Shown here: piece by piece, positions 25,201 to 38,384 of the stretch | How the letters are laid out: each line of letters opens with the position of its first letter | Position numbering within the stretch: position 1 is the stretch's first letter | From: Geosiphon pyriformis uo1 | Lineage: Eukaryota > Fungi > Glomeromycota | Length of the DNA: 64,000 bases | Assembly (NCBI GenBank): GCA_016748015.1 | Contig: JAAOMT010000003.1 | Location: 810,373-874,372 of the forward strand | Reading direction: 5' to 3' | Notes under the pieces: model-generated | What the model saw: the letters and a program-made list of their open reading frames with translations, nothing else | What the model was told of the DNA's origin: nothing | The model's database searches: none | Program-made: the position numbers and the translations under genes

Positions 25201-26317
25201 ACTACGGAACGGTGACGGCTAATGTTGTTGATGTTTCTACTGTTGTTGGCCATTACTTTACAAGTTTTACTCTCAATAATTGAGTTTATTTACAAATTTT
25301 CTAATTCAGAAACTTCCTAAATGGATTTCGAGAAAATTCTTTAACCAGTTTTTGTAGAGATAAAGCTTTATATTTAATTAAGGTTAACTTTGGGTTAAAA
25401 ATATTTTACTTTATTTTATTTTATTTTATTTTATTTGATATTTCAAAAGATATCCTCTTTTAATGAGAATTCCCCAGGATAATAATAGATGAGTTCAATT
25501 TCGTAAGATTATTTCAGGAAAAACAAGATGTCGACAATGCCAACTATTGTTAAAAAACTTGCTTTTAGATTCCTGTGAAAAGCAAAAATATTTACAAAAG
25601 TTGAAGAACTGAATTAAAGTAACTTCATGTACATTGATAATTTCGAATTTCAAGATATTCTCTATTTTTCCTCTATAAAATTGATTATGGCAAGTGTTTG
25701 CTGGTTCAACAATAAGTTAAAAAAAAAAGATTGTCATGTGGAATAATTTTCTTGGATCGCTGATAAGATATAATTGGGAAATTTCTGGTTCACTTTTCAA
25801 ATGAATCTGACTCTCATCTTTTCTTTCTTTTGATTATTAAAAATAACAATAAAAAAAAAAGGTTAAAAGGATATTTTTTTAGTGATTTTAAAGATTTTTC
25901 CGTAATTAATCGAGCAAGCAAGCCAATCTTCATTATAGAATTGGTAAATATTTAGGATAGGTTAAAAACCTTATTCTTTATTCGATTTTCATTTTATTTT
26001 CTCAAATTTTTATGATATACATCTTTTTTCATTAAAAATACCTTTTTTTTTTTAAACTCAACAAATCGGCAATAGTAATAATTTCCGAATAAATTTAAAC
26101 AAAGAAACGGTTAATTAAAATATTTTTCTTTAAATGTTTCTTTTATCTATACAAAAAAACCTAGCTCAAATCATAATACCCAATTAAACTAAATGTAGCC
26201 AATCGACGCATTGTACCACACCAATATTAAGTTCATCAAAAAAAAAATGCACAAAAAATACCTCGTGTAAATTTCAATTTTTTAACTCGAAACCTTGCTA
26301 ACAAAATTTGGTTTTTA

Positions 26318-26374
<57 letters not shown>

Positions 26375-26826
26375 TGAAATTAAAATTTTTAAGTTATTTT
26401 GATGCTTGAAGGGCTGAAATTAAATGAAATGGGAAAGTGATTATTTCAGGTGGTGCATAAAAAATTCTTTAAAATTAAAAAATGTGCAAATTTAAATGTA
26501 AATTAATGTTGATGCCTAATTTGATCCTAAAAATATTAAAAGTAACTTTTGATGACTAATTAATACACATAAAATCTTTTAAGCATAATTATGGTTATGA
26601 ATATCATTATTTCGGGGTTTCCAAAATTCTTTTTTGCCGATTATTAAAAGGGGCAATCTTATTGATATATGATGTAAAAACCAGGGTTTGTTAGTACAAT
26701 TTCAGCCTGTATTTATCATGGTCATTATTACCTAATTTATCCTTTTTTTCTGACAGCACAGCAATAACGTTGTGTTAATATTACGATAATTGTTCAAGCC
26801 TTTTTTCATTCACATGATTCACGGTC

Positions 26827-26870
<44 letters not shown>

Positions 26871-28321
26871 TTCAACTTTTATTAATAATTTTATTTTATT
26901 CACAATAAAACGTCATTTGGTGTCTGTTATGTTGATCTTTGATTCAGACAAAATAATTTGTTAAACGCTCGGTTTAAACCCACCCATCCCCACACATGCG
27001 AAACTCTCTTCATGTTTTTCCTATTGTGTTTAATAAAAAAATCCCACGCTTACTAATACAATCATGATAAACGAAATTTACAAGGCGAAGTCGACAAGAG
27101 ATCAAGTTAGTGCTATTATCTTCAATGTCATTGTTGATGTTTGTTGTTGGTAAGTTCTCGTACGGTTTTGGGAAACATTTTCCAATTGCTTGAGATTTCT
27201 TAATCAGAGTGGCTAAAATTTCCATGATATAATGGGAATGTCGAGTTCTTCAACTTCAAATCTAAGGTTGGTGCAAAAATCATCAAGGAGGATCATGAAT
27301 CACAGACGCAAGCAAAGGTTATCACAGTAAATTTAAACATTTTGTGAGATTTGATATTCGAGTCTCCGATTTCGAAATTGAGAGAACAATGGATAAAAAG
27401 TGAGATACAACTCAATCGTAAAAATTAAAGAAAATTACCCAATATTTCACTTTTTATAAATGGAATTTTGGCTGAAATTTAATACGGCAATGATTTTTTG
27501 CACATGAAAACTTGCTTCCCAGATTTCAAAGATTAATTGAATGCTTTCTATCAATTTGTGTGTGTGTGTTGACCTTTAAGTATTAATTATTTATGTGTTC
27601 ACTTTGAAACCTCAATCTCAATTTTCACATACAAATATTCTTGACTTTAACAGTTATGTGGATTGAAAAAATTTCACACCATTGTTCTCGCGTTTTTTCT
27701 TATGTGTACAAGTGAACTTTTACAATTCTTTTAATTTTCAGATTTCCAGTTTGCATAAATTTAGTAAGATCTGATTATATCAGAAAATTTCCAACCCCAG
27801 GTTCGTATACTGCCGTTAATAGTATTAATATCTTTTGTGAGATTCAAACATATTAAAATTCGGTAAAACATAGACAATATCCCCAAACTTTACGATTCTT
27901 TCCATATTTGAATCTGATGGTTAGATTTCTTTTTAATTGGGCGTCATTTATTTTTTCAAAGCTAATCCATTATTTTCAAAGCTCTAAGCCAGCAAGCAAA
28001 CTCCATGAAAAGACCCACGTGCATGTCAAAATATCCGATTTATTGGCGTTAAAAAAATGTGAATTTGGGAATTTGGCGTATCGAAATGCGAGTTTCAAGT
28101 GTCAATCAGATGATTAAAATATGTATTCAAGTCGCACAAAAATTGTTTCCAGATTAACTGATAGTTTGGGAAACATATTCTTTGGTTTCTTGTGATAAAA
28201 TTGACCATCAATAACAAAATTCGAAATTTCCAAATGATCAAATTATACCTTTTGAAAGAAATTCTAATTTGTTCCAAGGGTATCTTACCTCCGAATGAAG
28301 GAGAAAGTCTCGGTCGTCACC

Positions 28322-28626
28322 CTTCTTCTTCTTCTTCTTCTTCTTCTTCTTCTTCTTCTTCTTCTTCTTCTTCTTCTTCTTCTTCTTCTTCTTCTTCTTC
28401 TTCTTCTTCTTCTTCTTCTTCTTCTTCTTCTTCTTCTTCTTCTTCTTCTTCTTCTTCTTCTTCTTCTTCTTCTTCTTCTTCTTCTTCTTCTTCTTCTTTT
28501 TCTTCTTCTTCTTCTTCTTCTTCTTCTTCTTCTTCTTCTTCTTCTTCTTCTTCTTCTTCTTCTTCTTCTTCTTCTTCTTCTTCTTCTTCTTCTTCTCCTC
28601 CTCCTCCTCCTCCTCTTCCTCCTCAC
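28322..28626. repeat. Long (TTC)n/(GAA)n microsatellite (~90 units, one interruption) followed by (CCT)n
   Basis: Directly visible; explains the poly-S/K/R/L ORFs in the ORF track. Confidence 0.98.
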
Positions 28627-31600
28627 ATGAATTTGAGAGGAGGGGGTGGAGGAACAAAATCAATTCTTTCAAAATCAGCAACATTTGGAATAATACTTTG
28701 CAGTGTTTGCTTTGGGTCATGTGTGATAAATCTGATGAAAGGTATTTTTTCATTCTACTGATTGCTCCAAAAAGCTTAGCGAATATCATCCCCATCTAAG
28801 CATAAAAGGTCCACCAAAAATCAATTTTAAATGAACAAAAAAAAATCAAGTATAACCATTTTAAGAACCAGAAAGCGCCCAACAATGTAAATATTGCGGT
28901 GGTCGACTGCAAATGTAAAATAAGTTGTAGAACTGTAAAATGCAGGTTTAATTAATCAGAGACAGGGAGTGACAGAAATAGATGTAAACAAATATGTAAT
29001 AGGAAAATAATTGAATCAAAATCACTTGATTTCCTTCTTGCTACTTGAAAAAGATGACATTTTGTACTAATATTTGAGCAAAAAAATCATTGGGTAAAAT
29101 GGATTGATCAACAAAATGCTAACTCATCAAAATTGAAACCATTATGCATCCCGGAAATCTATTGATGAAAAAATGGTGAAAATTGCAACTCGCGTCTTGA
29201 GTAAAACTAAATTTTAGATAGTATTCGATTTAATTTGCATAATTAACCGTGGGTTGCTTAAATTTTCGAATCAAAGTTTGGATCTTATTATATTTAACCT
29301 TTTTGAGATCCAAAATTTATGGTTGTCAAGTTTGCAGAATAATTATTGTGAAAATTTACGACTTTTGAGTAATGGGGATTCTTTAAAGTCTGATTGAATT
29401 TCTAAATTTGAATTTCTTGAATCATTTAAAATTTTTCTCATTACTAAAACTTTCAAGTTTTCGCCTCAAGTGAGTAGAGAAATGATTTTCTATTATTTAT
29501 TTTCTAAAAACATCCCTGGAACGAAATTTTCTGATAGCAAACAAGAATTTTTTTTCTCATCGGCTAATAACGAATGTGATAAACGGGGAACATTTACTAT
29601 CGAATATAAGTCTTGGCTCCTCAATAGATCTCAACAACTTTCTTTCTTAAAACGCCCGATTACCTTTCGGAGGATGCATTCTTATGATCATTTTGCTGCA
29701 TAATTGCATCGTAGATCAAAATTCTTTTTTTATTTTTTGACTGAGTTACAATATCATAAACCTTTTCACGGAAATACCACAACGAGAAATCACAGCCACG
29801 ATTTATTATAAGCTTAAATAGAAATTTGTGATAGATTAATATTTGATTTTCTTACAATACTCTTTTTCATTCAATTTATGATTGAAGATCGATAAATTAT
29901 TTGACATTTTTTAATCGGCCATTAGTTAATTGAGCAGGTATACCAATAAGAAGATTGGTATTGAAGATACTGATCTTAATGTTTATATTTGTGATTTTCA
30001 AAGAGAGTGACAAGTAGGTAAATCATAATTTATGAAAGAATGAAGCTTTTTTGGATAGATATGATTTGTTGAGAATACAGGAGCTAATTTGATTTCAGAT
30101 TGTGTGTGTGAAATAATAATAACACTGAAACAGGGGAAAAATAGAGAAATTTTGAATAAATCCTAATCCAAAAGATATTAAGTAATCAATTCAAAGAATT
30201 ATTAAATGCTTTCAAAAAAAATTATTAGATCTAGCGATCCTATCTCGATGTACAATTAAAATGACTGGAAATAAAAAGTGTTCAATAAGAAAATTTTAAT
30301 TCTTTTGCAAGATCAAAGAAGGTAATTATTTTATTTTTTTTAAAAAAAAAATTCAAATGTATTTAAAAATTTCAGTGTTTTTAAAAATAAGAATTTAATA
30401 AAATTAAAATTATAATATAATTATAATTTTCTTAATAATTTTGAAATTTTCATAAATAAAATTTTTTAAAGCAAATAAATTAGATTGTAAATAAAAATTA
30501 ATAAAATAAACAAATAAATTTTAAATTTATATGTTATTTACATGTATTTGTTTTTTTATAACATTTTTTATTATTTTAAAAAACCAAATTTAATAAATAT
30601 TATTGTTTTATTTATTTTTATAAAAATAATATGTATTAAATTAAAAAATTGGTCACATTTGATAAATTTATTAATTATATAATATAATTTTGATTTAATT
30701 AACAATTTGGACATAAAAATTATTTTTGATCATCTAATTTTTTCATCTAATTATTTTTTTTAAATCAAATATTCTGAAGCAAAATTCATAAATTTGATGA
30801 TTTTTGGCTAAATATTTTTTATCATTTTCTAATTAAATATTGGTTTTTCTTAACAATGACCAAAGGATCTAGGCATTTACACGATCTGCTAATTGCATAT
30901 CAAAGGTTCATCTTCATTTGGTTGCTGCTGCAAACAAATAAAAATAGTCTCAAACGTACAAACAAACACACAAAACCCTGAGTTTTCCAAAGTTGATTAG
31001 CGGGATTAATGGATTGTAAAACTAGCTGACAGACACCTTAGATGCATTGTCGACGTGACCAAAGTCGGCAAAATGTCGATCTGATCTTTGTCCTAAAAAA
31101 ACCAACCGACCATAGATCCTTTTTCAAAAAGATTTCGTTTTCGACAATCAACTTTTTAGAAAATGAAATATTCGGGTTTTGGATTTCAGTAGCACTTTAA
31201 ATCTGTTTTTACTGGTAGAAAGTCTTGAAAGTGTCCATTTTTTTTTTGACTGATAGAGAACTTTTAATCTTATCGATTTAAAAGATTCATGATTAATCAT
31301 TCTAAATTTCAAATAGGAATTCAAAATTTCAAAATCATTTCTGAATTTTCTTTTAAGAAAAAGTATTAGCTAACACTCTTTCCAGCATGTGCTCTTGCAT
31401 TATATTCTAATTCCAGGAAAAGTTAGTCACCTTGCCAGAAAATCGCGAAAACTTCTATTATCCATATAAAATAAGTATCTGTCAAGTTATTTGCGAAGCT
31501 ATATTCATAAATGTTGACGCAAGAAACTTTGAAAAATTGTTAGATTTCTTGTTCTCTTTGAAACTCAGGTCTTCACTGTATAACATCATATTATTCCTGA

Positions 31601-34600
31601 AAATAAAGCTAAAAAACGCCAATTTCCCTAAAACACCCCTAGTTAACTTTTACATTTTGTTTTCCCATTTTACTATTGAGAACGTTCCCTTTTCAAATTT
31701 AGCTATTTCTATCTTTTAATAATATTATTAATAACAATAGAATTTGTAAACCAATCTCAGCAGGACTGTACAAGCTGTGTCAACCATTCCTTAATCTCTT
31801 GGAACAACCGAATTCAACCTTTAGCTTGTTTTCACACTCTACACATGCTATTGCTGCCATCATTAATTATGCTTTAGAAAAATTTACGCCCGACTACAAA
31901 GGATCATTTACTTTTAAAAATCGCGACTTTATATGAGATCTGGGATATTTCTGAGTTTCTTATTTTTAGTATTTGAAAGTACTTTGCGTTTTGTAAAAAT
32001 TTTCCAAAATTTTTTATTGTACTATAAGAATTTTTGAATCCTGTATTCCCTCTAGTAAAATCAGCAGCAGGCACATAAAATCGCTTCTTTTGATGAATTA
32101 TCCGAACCACGCGGCCTTTTTTTTCATATTTTCAATCATGTTTCATAGTCCCTTTGAGTACATGATCATAGTTTCGAGTAAGCATAATTGACGTCTTATG
32201 CAGCGTTTATAATACTAAACTACAATCTGGAAGCCTGAGAAGATCTTTAAATCAGGAGCAAAAAGAAATTCTTTCCAGCTGTTGCTGCTGCTGCTGCTGC
32301 TACCAACTTATAAGGTGATATCATTTTGAACAGGTTTTATTTCCTTTCAAAAATAATTTCATTGTTCAATTGGCTAAATAATGGTTCATTGTCATACACT
32401 TTGTTTCTTCGGTCAAGAATCCACAAGTGTAACATCACACAACTAAAGTTTATTTCAAAACTTCCAGCCTTTGGTACCCCAGAAACAGACCCATCCCATT
32501 GTTTCAACAGAAACCAGTTTTTAAATAAAACCTTAAAAAGTTGGTCTCTTTTATTGTTCCCCACGATATTCCTTGAAAGAAAGTCACAGGTATTATCCCA
32601 AGTCACGAAATTATCACTTATCCATGTAAATCAAACAAAGTAGATTACCATCGGAAACACGTGTGTACTACCACAACCTAAAATTTTAAAGTTTCTACTG
32701 CGGCCAACTGAAAATAACGCGGAGATACTTCTAAAACGCGCGGGGGGTTTTTAGAAGGTGGAAAAGGCAGATTTCATGAAAAGATGGGAATTGCCGAGTT
32801 AATTGATATTAGCAAGGGATAATTTGTCACAACTTGGTCTTCACCATCATATATTTTTTGCTTATGAAAGGCAAAACACTAGCACAACATAGCTCTACTT
32901 TGATCTATTTACCCTTAAAAATACCATATTACTTCCTGGTTTCTGTTCATTGATAGCTTTCAAATCACACAAGGAAAATGAAAAGATTTCTTTGTGTCAG
33001 GAACCTAAAAATTACCCACACACATACGTCCCATTCCCCTTATCTCCCTCTTTCATATGTAAACAAGAGCACAAAATCATTTGCCCAGAATCAAAACAAA
33101 AAAGAGTCCAAAGAAACGGGGAAAAAACTGAACTTTATTTTGATTGGTCTCAGATTTTTCGTATGGTTTTGAAAAATTGCCGAGATTTCGCTCTTTTTCA
33201 ATCGCTGCGAATGAATGATAAATTTATCAAGTATCGTCGTTCAATCTTTTTCCTTATACAGGTCTTTGGTATTGTCTGGTGATCCATCCGTGGATTCCGA
33301 AAGATAGATGTCAAAGCTAGAAGGATCCGACGGAAAAAAGAATGGCGGCGCAATAGGATATTGTTGAGTCCATTTTGCGTGTAGATGTGTGTGTATCAGT
33401 ATCGCATCTGCTGTTGCAGTCTGCAGAATAATGAAGAAGGATTTTGGTTGTTGTTACATGAAAATCCAATAGTTCTTGGGCTTTTTGAGTGCTTATGTGT
33501 TTGTTGATTCACCTTCATCAACACCGCCTACCATACCATCACCATCACCATCATTTTCTACTCTTCCTATTTTTGAAGACCCATCACACTTTTTTAATCA
33601 CCAAACGTATAATTGGGTTGGGAAAATTAAATAAATGCAAACAAATTAAAAAAATGTCCCATATATCTAATTTATATACTGGGTCTGATATCTTTCATAC
33701 TCCCACGCCAATTCAACAGAAGATCTAACACGTCTCCTATTCTCATCTCCTCTAACTATTTAAAAACTCTTCTCATCCTTAACCCAATAATATCTCGTAG
33801 AGAATTACCACAAGATTCACTACAATCAATGGGACTATTCCGGAGAGAGATTAAAAATTAATAAGAAAATATTTAGAAATATATATAGAAAACTTTATTA
33901 AGATTATTATGGTTACTTCTCATTAATGTCCTAACTGCCGATATGAGATTAACAATATTATTTTTGAGTGATGGTCCATCCCCGCCAAATCCTTGATCTG
34001 AATGGCCGCTCATTCCAACTTTGATGTTGTCAAAAACGCAGTTATGTTGGATAAAAAATAGAGTTTAGAGATTAATAAATTAAAATTAAAATTAAATAAA
34101 GAGAAAATATATGTCAACATTAAGAAGGATGAACCATGAGTATGATCCAATATCGAGTTAAAGAAGAATTTTTCAAAATAACTAATTTTTAAAACTTATA
34201 TGCCACTACTGATGTTTTATCTTGGTCTTACACCTCAACATCGAACTAGAATTTCCTGGTTCTAGAGTATTGTTTCGGTATTTTACCTTTTGCAGCTACT
34301 TTTTTGATATTCTTGAATCTCTTCAAAAAAAAAAAAAATCCTTCAAGGTGAAATAAGCCCATGCCAAACTCAAAACAACTTACTTCTTGCAAGAAATCTT
34401 TCTTCGTTCAAGACTGCCATGGCGTTGATTACCAGCAGTATTACATAGAGTATCTGCCCGATAGATAAGACCATTGTTGAATGTTTATGAAACTAGACAA
34501 GTGCAAAAATAAACTTGCTAGTAGAAATCTATGTTGTTCTTCGTTCATTCGTGCGACCTATGATTTCTTAGGTTAGCAGCTAATTTGATTTGTTTAATTT

Positions 34601-34673
34601 GATGACATTTTGATCCAAAAGTCACCCTCCTGAAATTTAAATTTTGATCGAAAAAATTTCCTTCTGGCTGGGT

Positions 34674-35828
34674 ATGGCTTGGAGGATACGAGTATCGCCA
34701 CTTGGTAAGCTCTTCTTCTTGACTACTATTTGTAAAAGACACTAAGGTAGCCTTGACGAAAAAGAGCTTCGTGCCAACATAGTATCAAACCTGAAAAACT
34801 ATGCCGTTACTGTTCACCTCAACCTTCACTATCACAGTAAAAAGGTTTCAGTTTCACGAAATCTATTTCAACCAATATGCTTTAATAGGTAAATAAGATA
34901 ACATTGGTAACACTAAAAAGAACTGATTTTTGATTTTTCTCTCTATTAACTCACTATTTATTTGGAGAACCTTTCGTACCACAACTTTTGCTGGAGCTGA
35001 AACCAAACCACCACCTATAACACCTGCTAGTCGAGGATCCGGTTTGATTTTTGATTTTGAGGAGCAAGCCTTTGACGAAGAAGAAGATGATGATGATGGG
35101 GGTAAAGCAAAGGAAAAGACGATAATAGGAATTAGAAAATCTAAAGAACCTTTGGCAAAAATGGTTGGAGATTTTGGTGAACCAGTTGTTACTGAGGCAA
35201 AATTTAAGCATAAGGAGGTAAGAATTTGTTCGAATTTTTTCAGAAATGGTATAAATTATAATAATCTCATTTATTTATAAATTGCAATTTTTTTTAGCAT
35301 CGATATTCTACCAAGGACTTTCATATATCACCACGTAAACTTACATTTTTAGCCAGGCAGATTGCCGGAAAAAATGTGGGTGATGCTATAAATCAGATGC
35401 AGTTCTCACCAAAGAAAGCAGCCAAAAAAATCATGCATTCATTATGTACGGCGAGAGATCATGCTTGGCGATACAAAATGATGGATCCTAAGAAACTTTA
35501 CATAGGTTGGAGATTTTTTTTATAAATGATTCTTATTTAGGATATCTATTAACATTTATTTTCTTAATTTTCTCGTTCGTTCTAAGAACAAGCGTGGGTC
35601 GGCAAAGGGCTCTATCGCAAAAAAATAGAGTATCGTGCCCGTGGTCGTTTTAATTTTCTCAAAATAAAAAAAGCACATATGAAATATATTATTAAAGAGG
35701 CTGCAGAAGAAGGGGAAGGAAAGCCTAAGAAATCTTGGAGGACACGTAGAGTCAAGCTCAAAAAGTATTTTATTCCGCTTAAAGACGATAAACCAATTTA
35801 CGCGCCAGCACCTTTTTATAATTGGTGA
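34674..35828 (+). CDS. MRPL22: Mitochondrial large-subunit ribosomal protein uL22m
   Basis: Exons 34674-34704, 34783-34888, 34968-35217, 35298-35505, 35587-35828. Core FHISPRKLYILARQIAGK...QMQFSPKKAAKKI...LYIEQAWVGKG...RARGR is uL22; N-terminus MAWRIRVSPLVSNLKNY looks like a mitochondrial presequence. The first two exons and the GAG acceptor at 34967 are less certain. Confidence 0.9.
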
Positions 35829-36419
35829 TCCTAATCCGTATAGTATTACTATGTGCAACCGATCAATCAAATGATTATGGAAAGAATTATTCAAATGATG
35901 AGTATAATTTCAATTTTAATGTATGGGTGATGTGAGCATAAAAAGTGTGGGGTAAGAGGAGATTTTTTCAGATTTTTAATTACACTGGATCTCAAAGAAA
36001 ATTTTGTGTTGGATATATATATATTGTTAATAATGAGAGACAATGTGTATTTCGGTTTATATTGTTATCTTCATCCTTGTTCGTAACATTGCGCCCTTGA
36101 ATAGTTTTATATATTGCCACGTTTTTTGGGGTTTTTAATAAGCCTGCGTGGCGAGAGAAATTAAAAGTGAGTGCAGATTGCAGACGCGAAGACTTGGACT
36201 AATTAAGGTTTGATGCTACAAAGTTTTAATTAAACGTACGCGCGGACCAAGTCAACCAGGCAGACAGGCATTGGGTAAGATATTTTGGAGCTTGCATCCT
36301 GACTCGATCTTTTTGACATTTTACAATCAAGATGATCATCTAATTCATCATCTTATGGAGTATTATAACCAAAAAATTTTATTTAGTTGTTAGTCACAAA
36401 AATTCAAAAAGAGTCGAGG

Positions 36420-36474
36420 CATCATCATCATCATCATCATCATCATCATTATTATAATTATTATAATTATTATA

Positions 36475-36527
<53 letters not shown>

Positions 36528-36534
36528 CATTATT

Positions 36535-36589
<55 letters not shown>
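36420..36589. repeat. Compound (CAT)n-(TAT)n-(CAT)n microsatellite
   Basis: Directly visible. Confidence 0.95.
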
Positions 36590-38384
36590 ATGATATATTT
36601 AACGTATTTCACGCACATGTTTATATTATCGTTCAAGTCAAAAAAATATTATTCTTTCTTAAATGGAAAGAATTATAGATTAACGAGAAAATATAGTAAA
36701 AGGCCCTCCCTTTTATAGGATTGAAATGATTAGTGTATGGAATCTTGAGAAGAAAAAGAAAAGCATAACGAAAAGAGAATTAGGCAATTATAAAAAAACT
36801 TGAGTTGTTTCAAGTTTAGACGAGCAATTGAGAAAGGCGGCAAGGACTTATTTTTCAGCTTTTCAGCCCATGTGTTGTGTTTGCGGTGTACGACAAGTAG
36901 ATGTGATTATTTTATTTGTAAAGATTGGAGGGATCTGGACAAAAAATGATAATAGAAAATCTTTACTTACCAGATATGCAAGAAATTCCGGGAATCAACG
37001 TAGTACAATTTTTCAAAGCACCCAAACCAGTTTTTCTAAAAACGGAAAATTCGTGACTGGGAACAATTAATAAAATACGTGAGACAATTAACAAATTTTC
37101 ATTATAGATTTTTGTTATATATTTTTTTAATTAAGAAACTGTAAGATTTTTTTTTATGAAAAAAAAAGTCGAAAACCGGGTAATTGTTAAAAAAATGGTG
37201 AACATTGTTCGAAAAAAATAATAATAAATTAATATCAAATTAAATATTTGTGGCTTTTTTTGCATAATTTTTTCATAAAACCCCAGTTTAAAAAAATGCA
37301 AAAACCATTTTAAAAAAATCAAATAATGGGACATTGTGTCAAATCAATACAGTGTATAAATTATATAATAGAAAGGTGATATTTTCGAATATCACAATGT
37401 GATAAATAAAAAAGATCATCGCATTAATATTTATGTCACGATCTCTTTTTCTTTTTTTTTTTTTTTTTTTTTTTTACAAAAAAAGAAAAATTAAGTACAT
37501 GTACAGGATATATCGTCCGGGAATTCCTTTCACGATTACCTGTTTAAGAAAATTAAAAGGGAAAATTCTCACGCGAATGACGAATGATGGCGCGGATAAA
37601 AGAAAAAAAGAAAAGGAAATTTTTTCACTGTATTCTCGAGGAGAGGGGTAATAGATGAAAAAAGTGAATTTGGTACGGATATAGTTTTAAAAGTTAAAAA
37701 TTGTGAACCATTTTTCAATGCTGCAAGATAAAAAAAAGTTTTTGAATTTGAAATTCGAAAAAAATTTTTTTCTTGTTTTTTGTTTTAAATAGATAAAAAT
37801 GATCTAATGAATAAAAGATTAATGTATCCCCTGCCGTAGGTTGCATAAATTTAAAAAGAATAGATAAATGATAGTGATTGTGATTGTGATTTTTTAATTT
37901 TCAAAGTTTTTTACCTGGATCCTGATAGTCTTTGATTATTTGTAATGAATGAAAGAAGGAAACTTTGAATATATGGAAAAAGAACCTGCATAGTTGTTGA
38001 ACCCTTTTTTTGAATCTCACCACCCGTGTATCTCAAAATAAATAAATAAATAAAAGAAACAAAATGGTAAAAATATTCTTCAATTTCAAATCTTGAAACG
38101 ATTCAGGAATCACGTTCATTTACTGACTTCACAGTGCAACTTTGAAATTATTAAAGTTTTTTAACGTTAAAAAAGTTACACACATATTTATTTTCAAACA
38201 TCTTGACAATGGATAATGATCATAAAGACCGTGAGATAAATAATTGTGAGAATAAAAAAATGTCAAAAAGAAACATAAACTATATTAGTTCGTATAATAA
38301 ATTCGGAAAAATTGAGATCAAAAATGATGACAAGAATAAATGTAAATGGTAAAAAGCAACGGAGATTACACAGAGATAAGGTAA

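Noticed and set aside
26412-26707. Possible MITE bounded by GGCTGAAATT/AATTTCAGCC
   Set aside because: Only a 10-bp inverted match, no TSD, single copy in the window.
28192-28795. Poly-Ser/Lys/Arg/Leu ORFs
   Set aside because: Produced by the stop-free (TTC)n repeat; flanks show no recognisable protein.
30330-30850. Extremely AT-rich islands (also 14270-14940, 39190-39900, 47330-47790) as specific TEs
   Set aside because: Probably mutated non-autonomous elements, but no termini or coding relics were identifiable.
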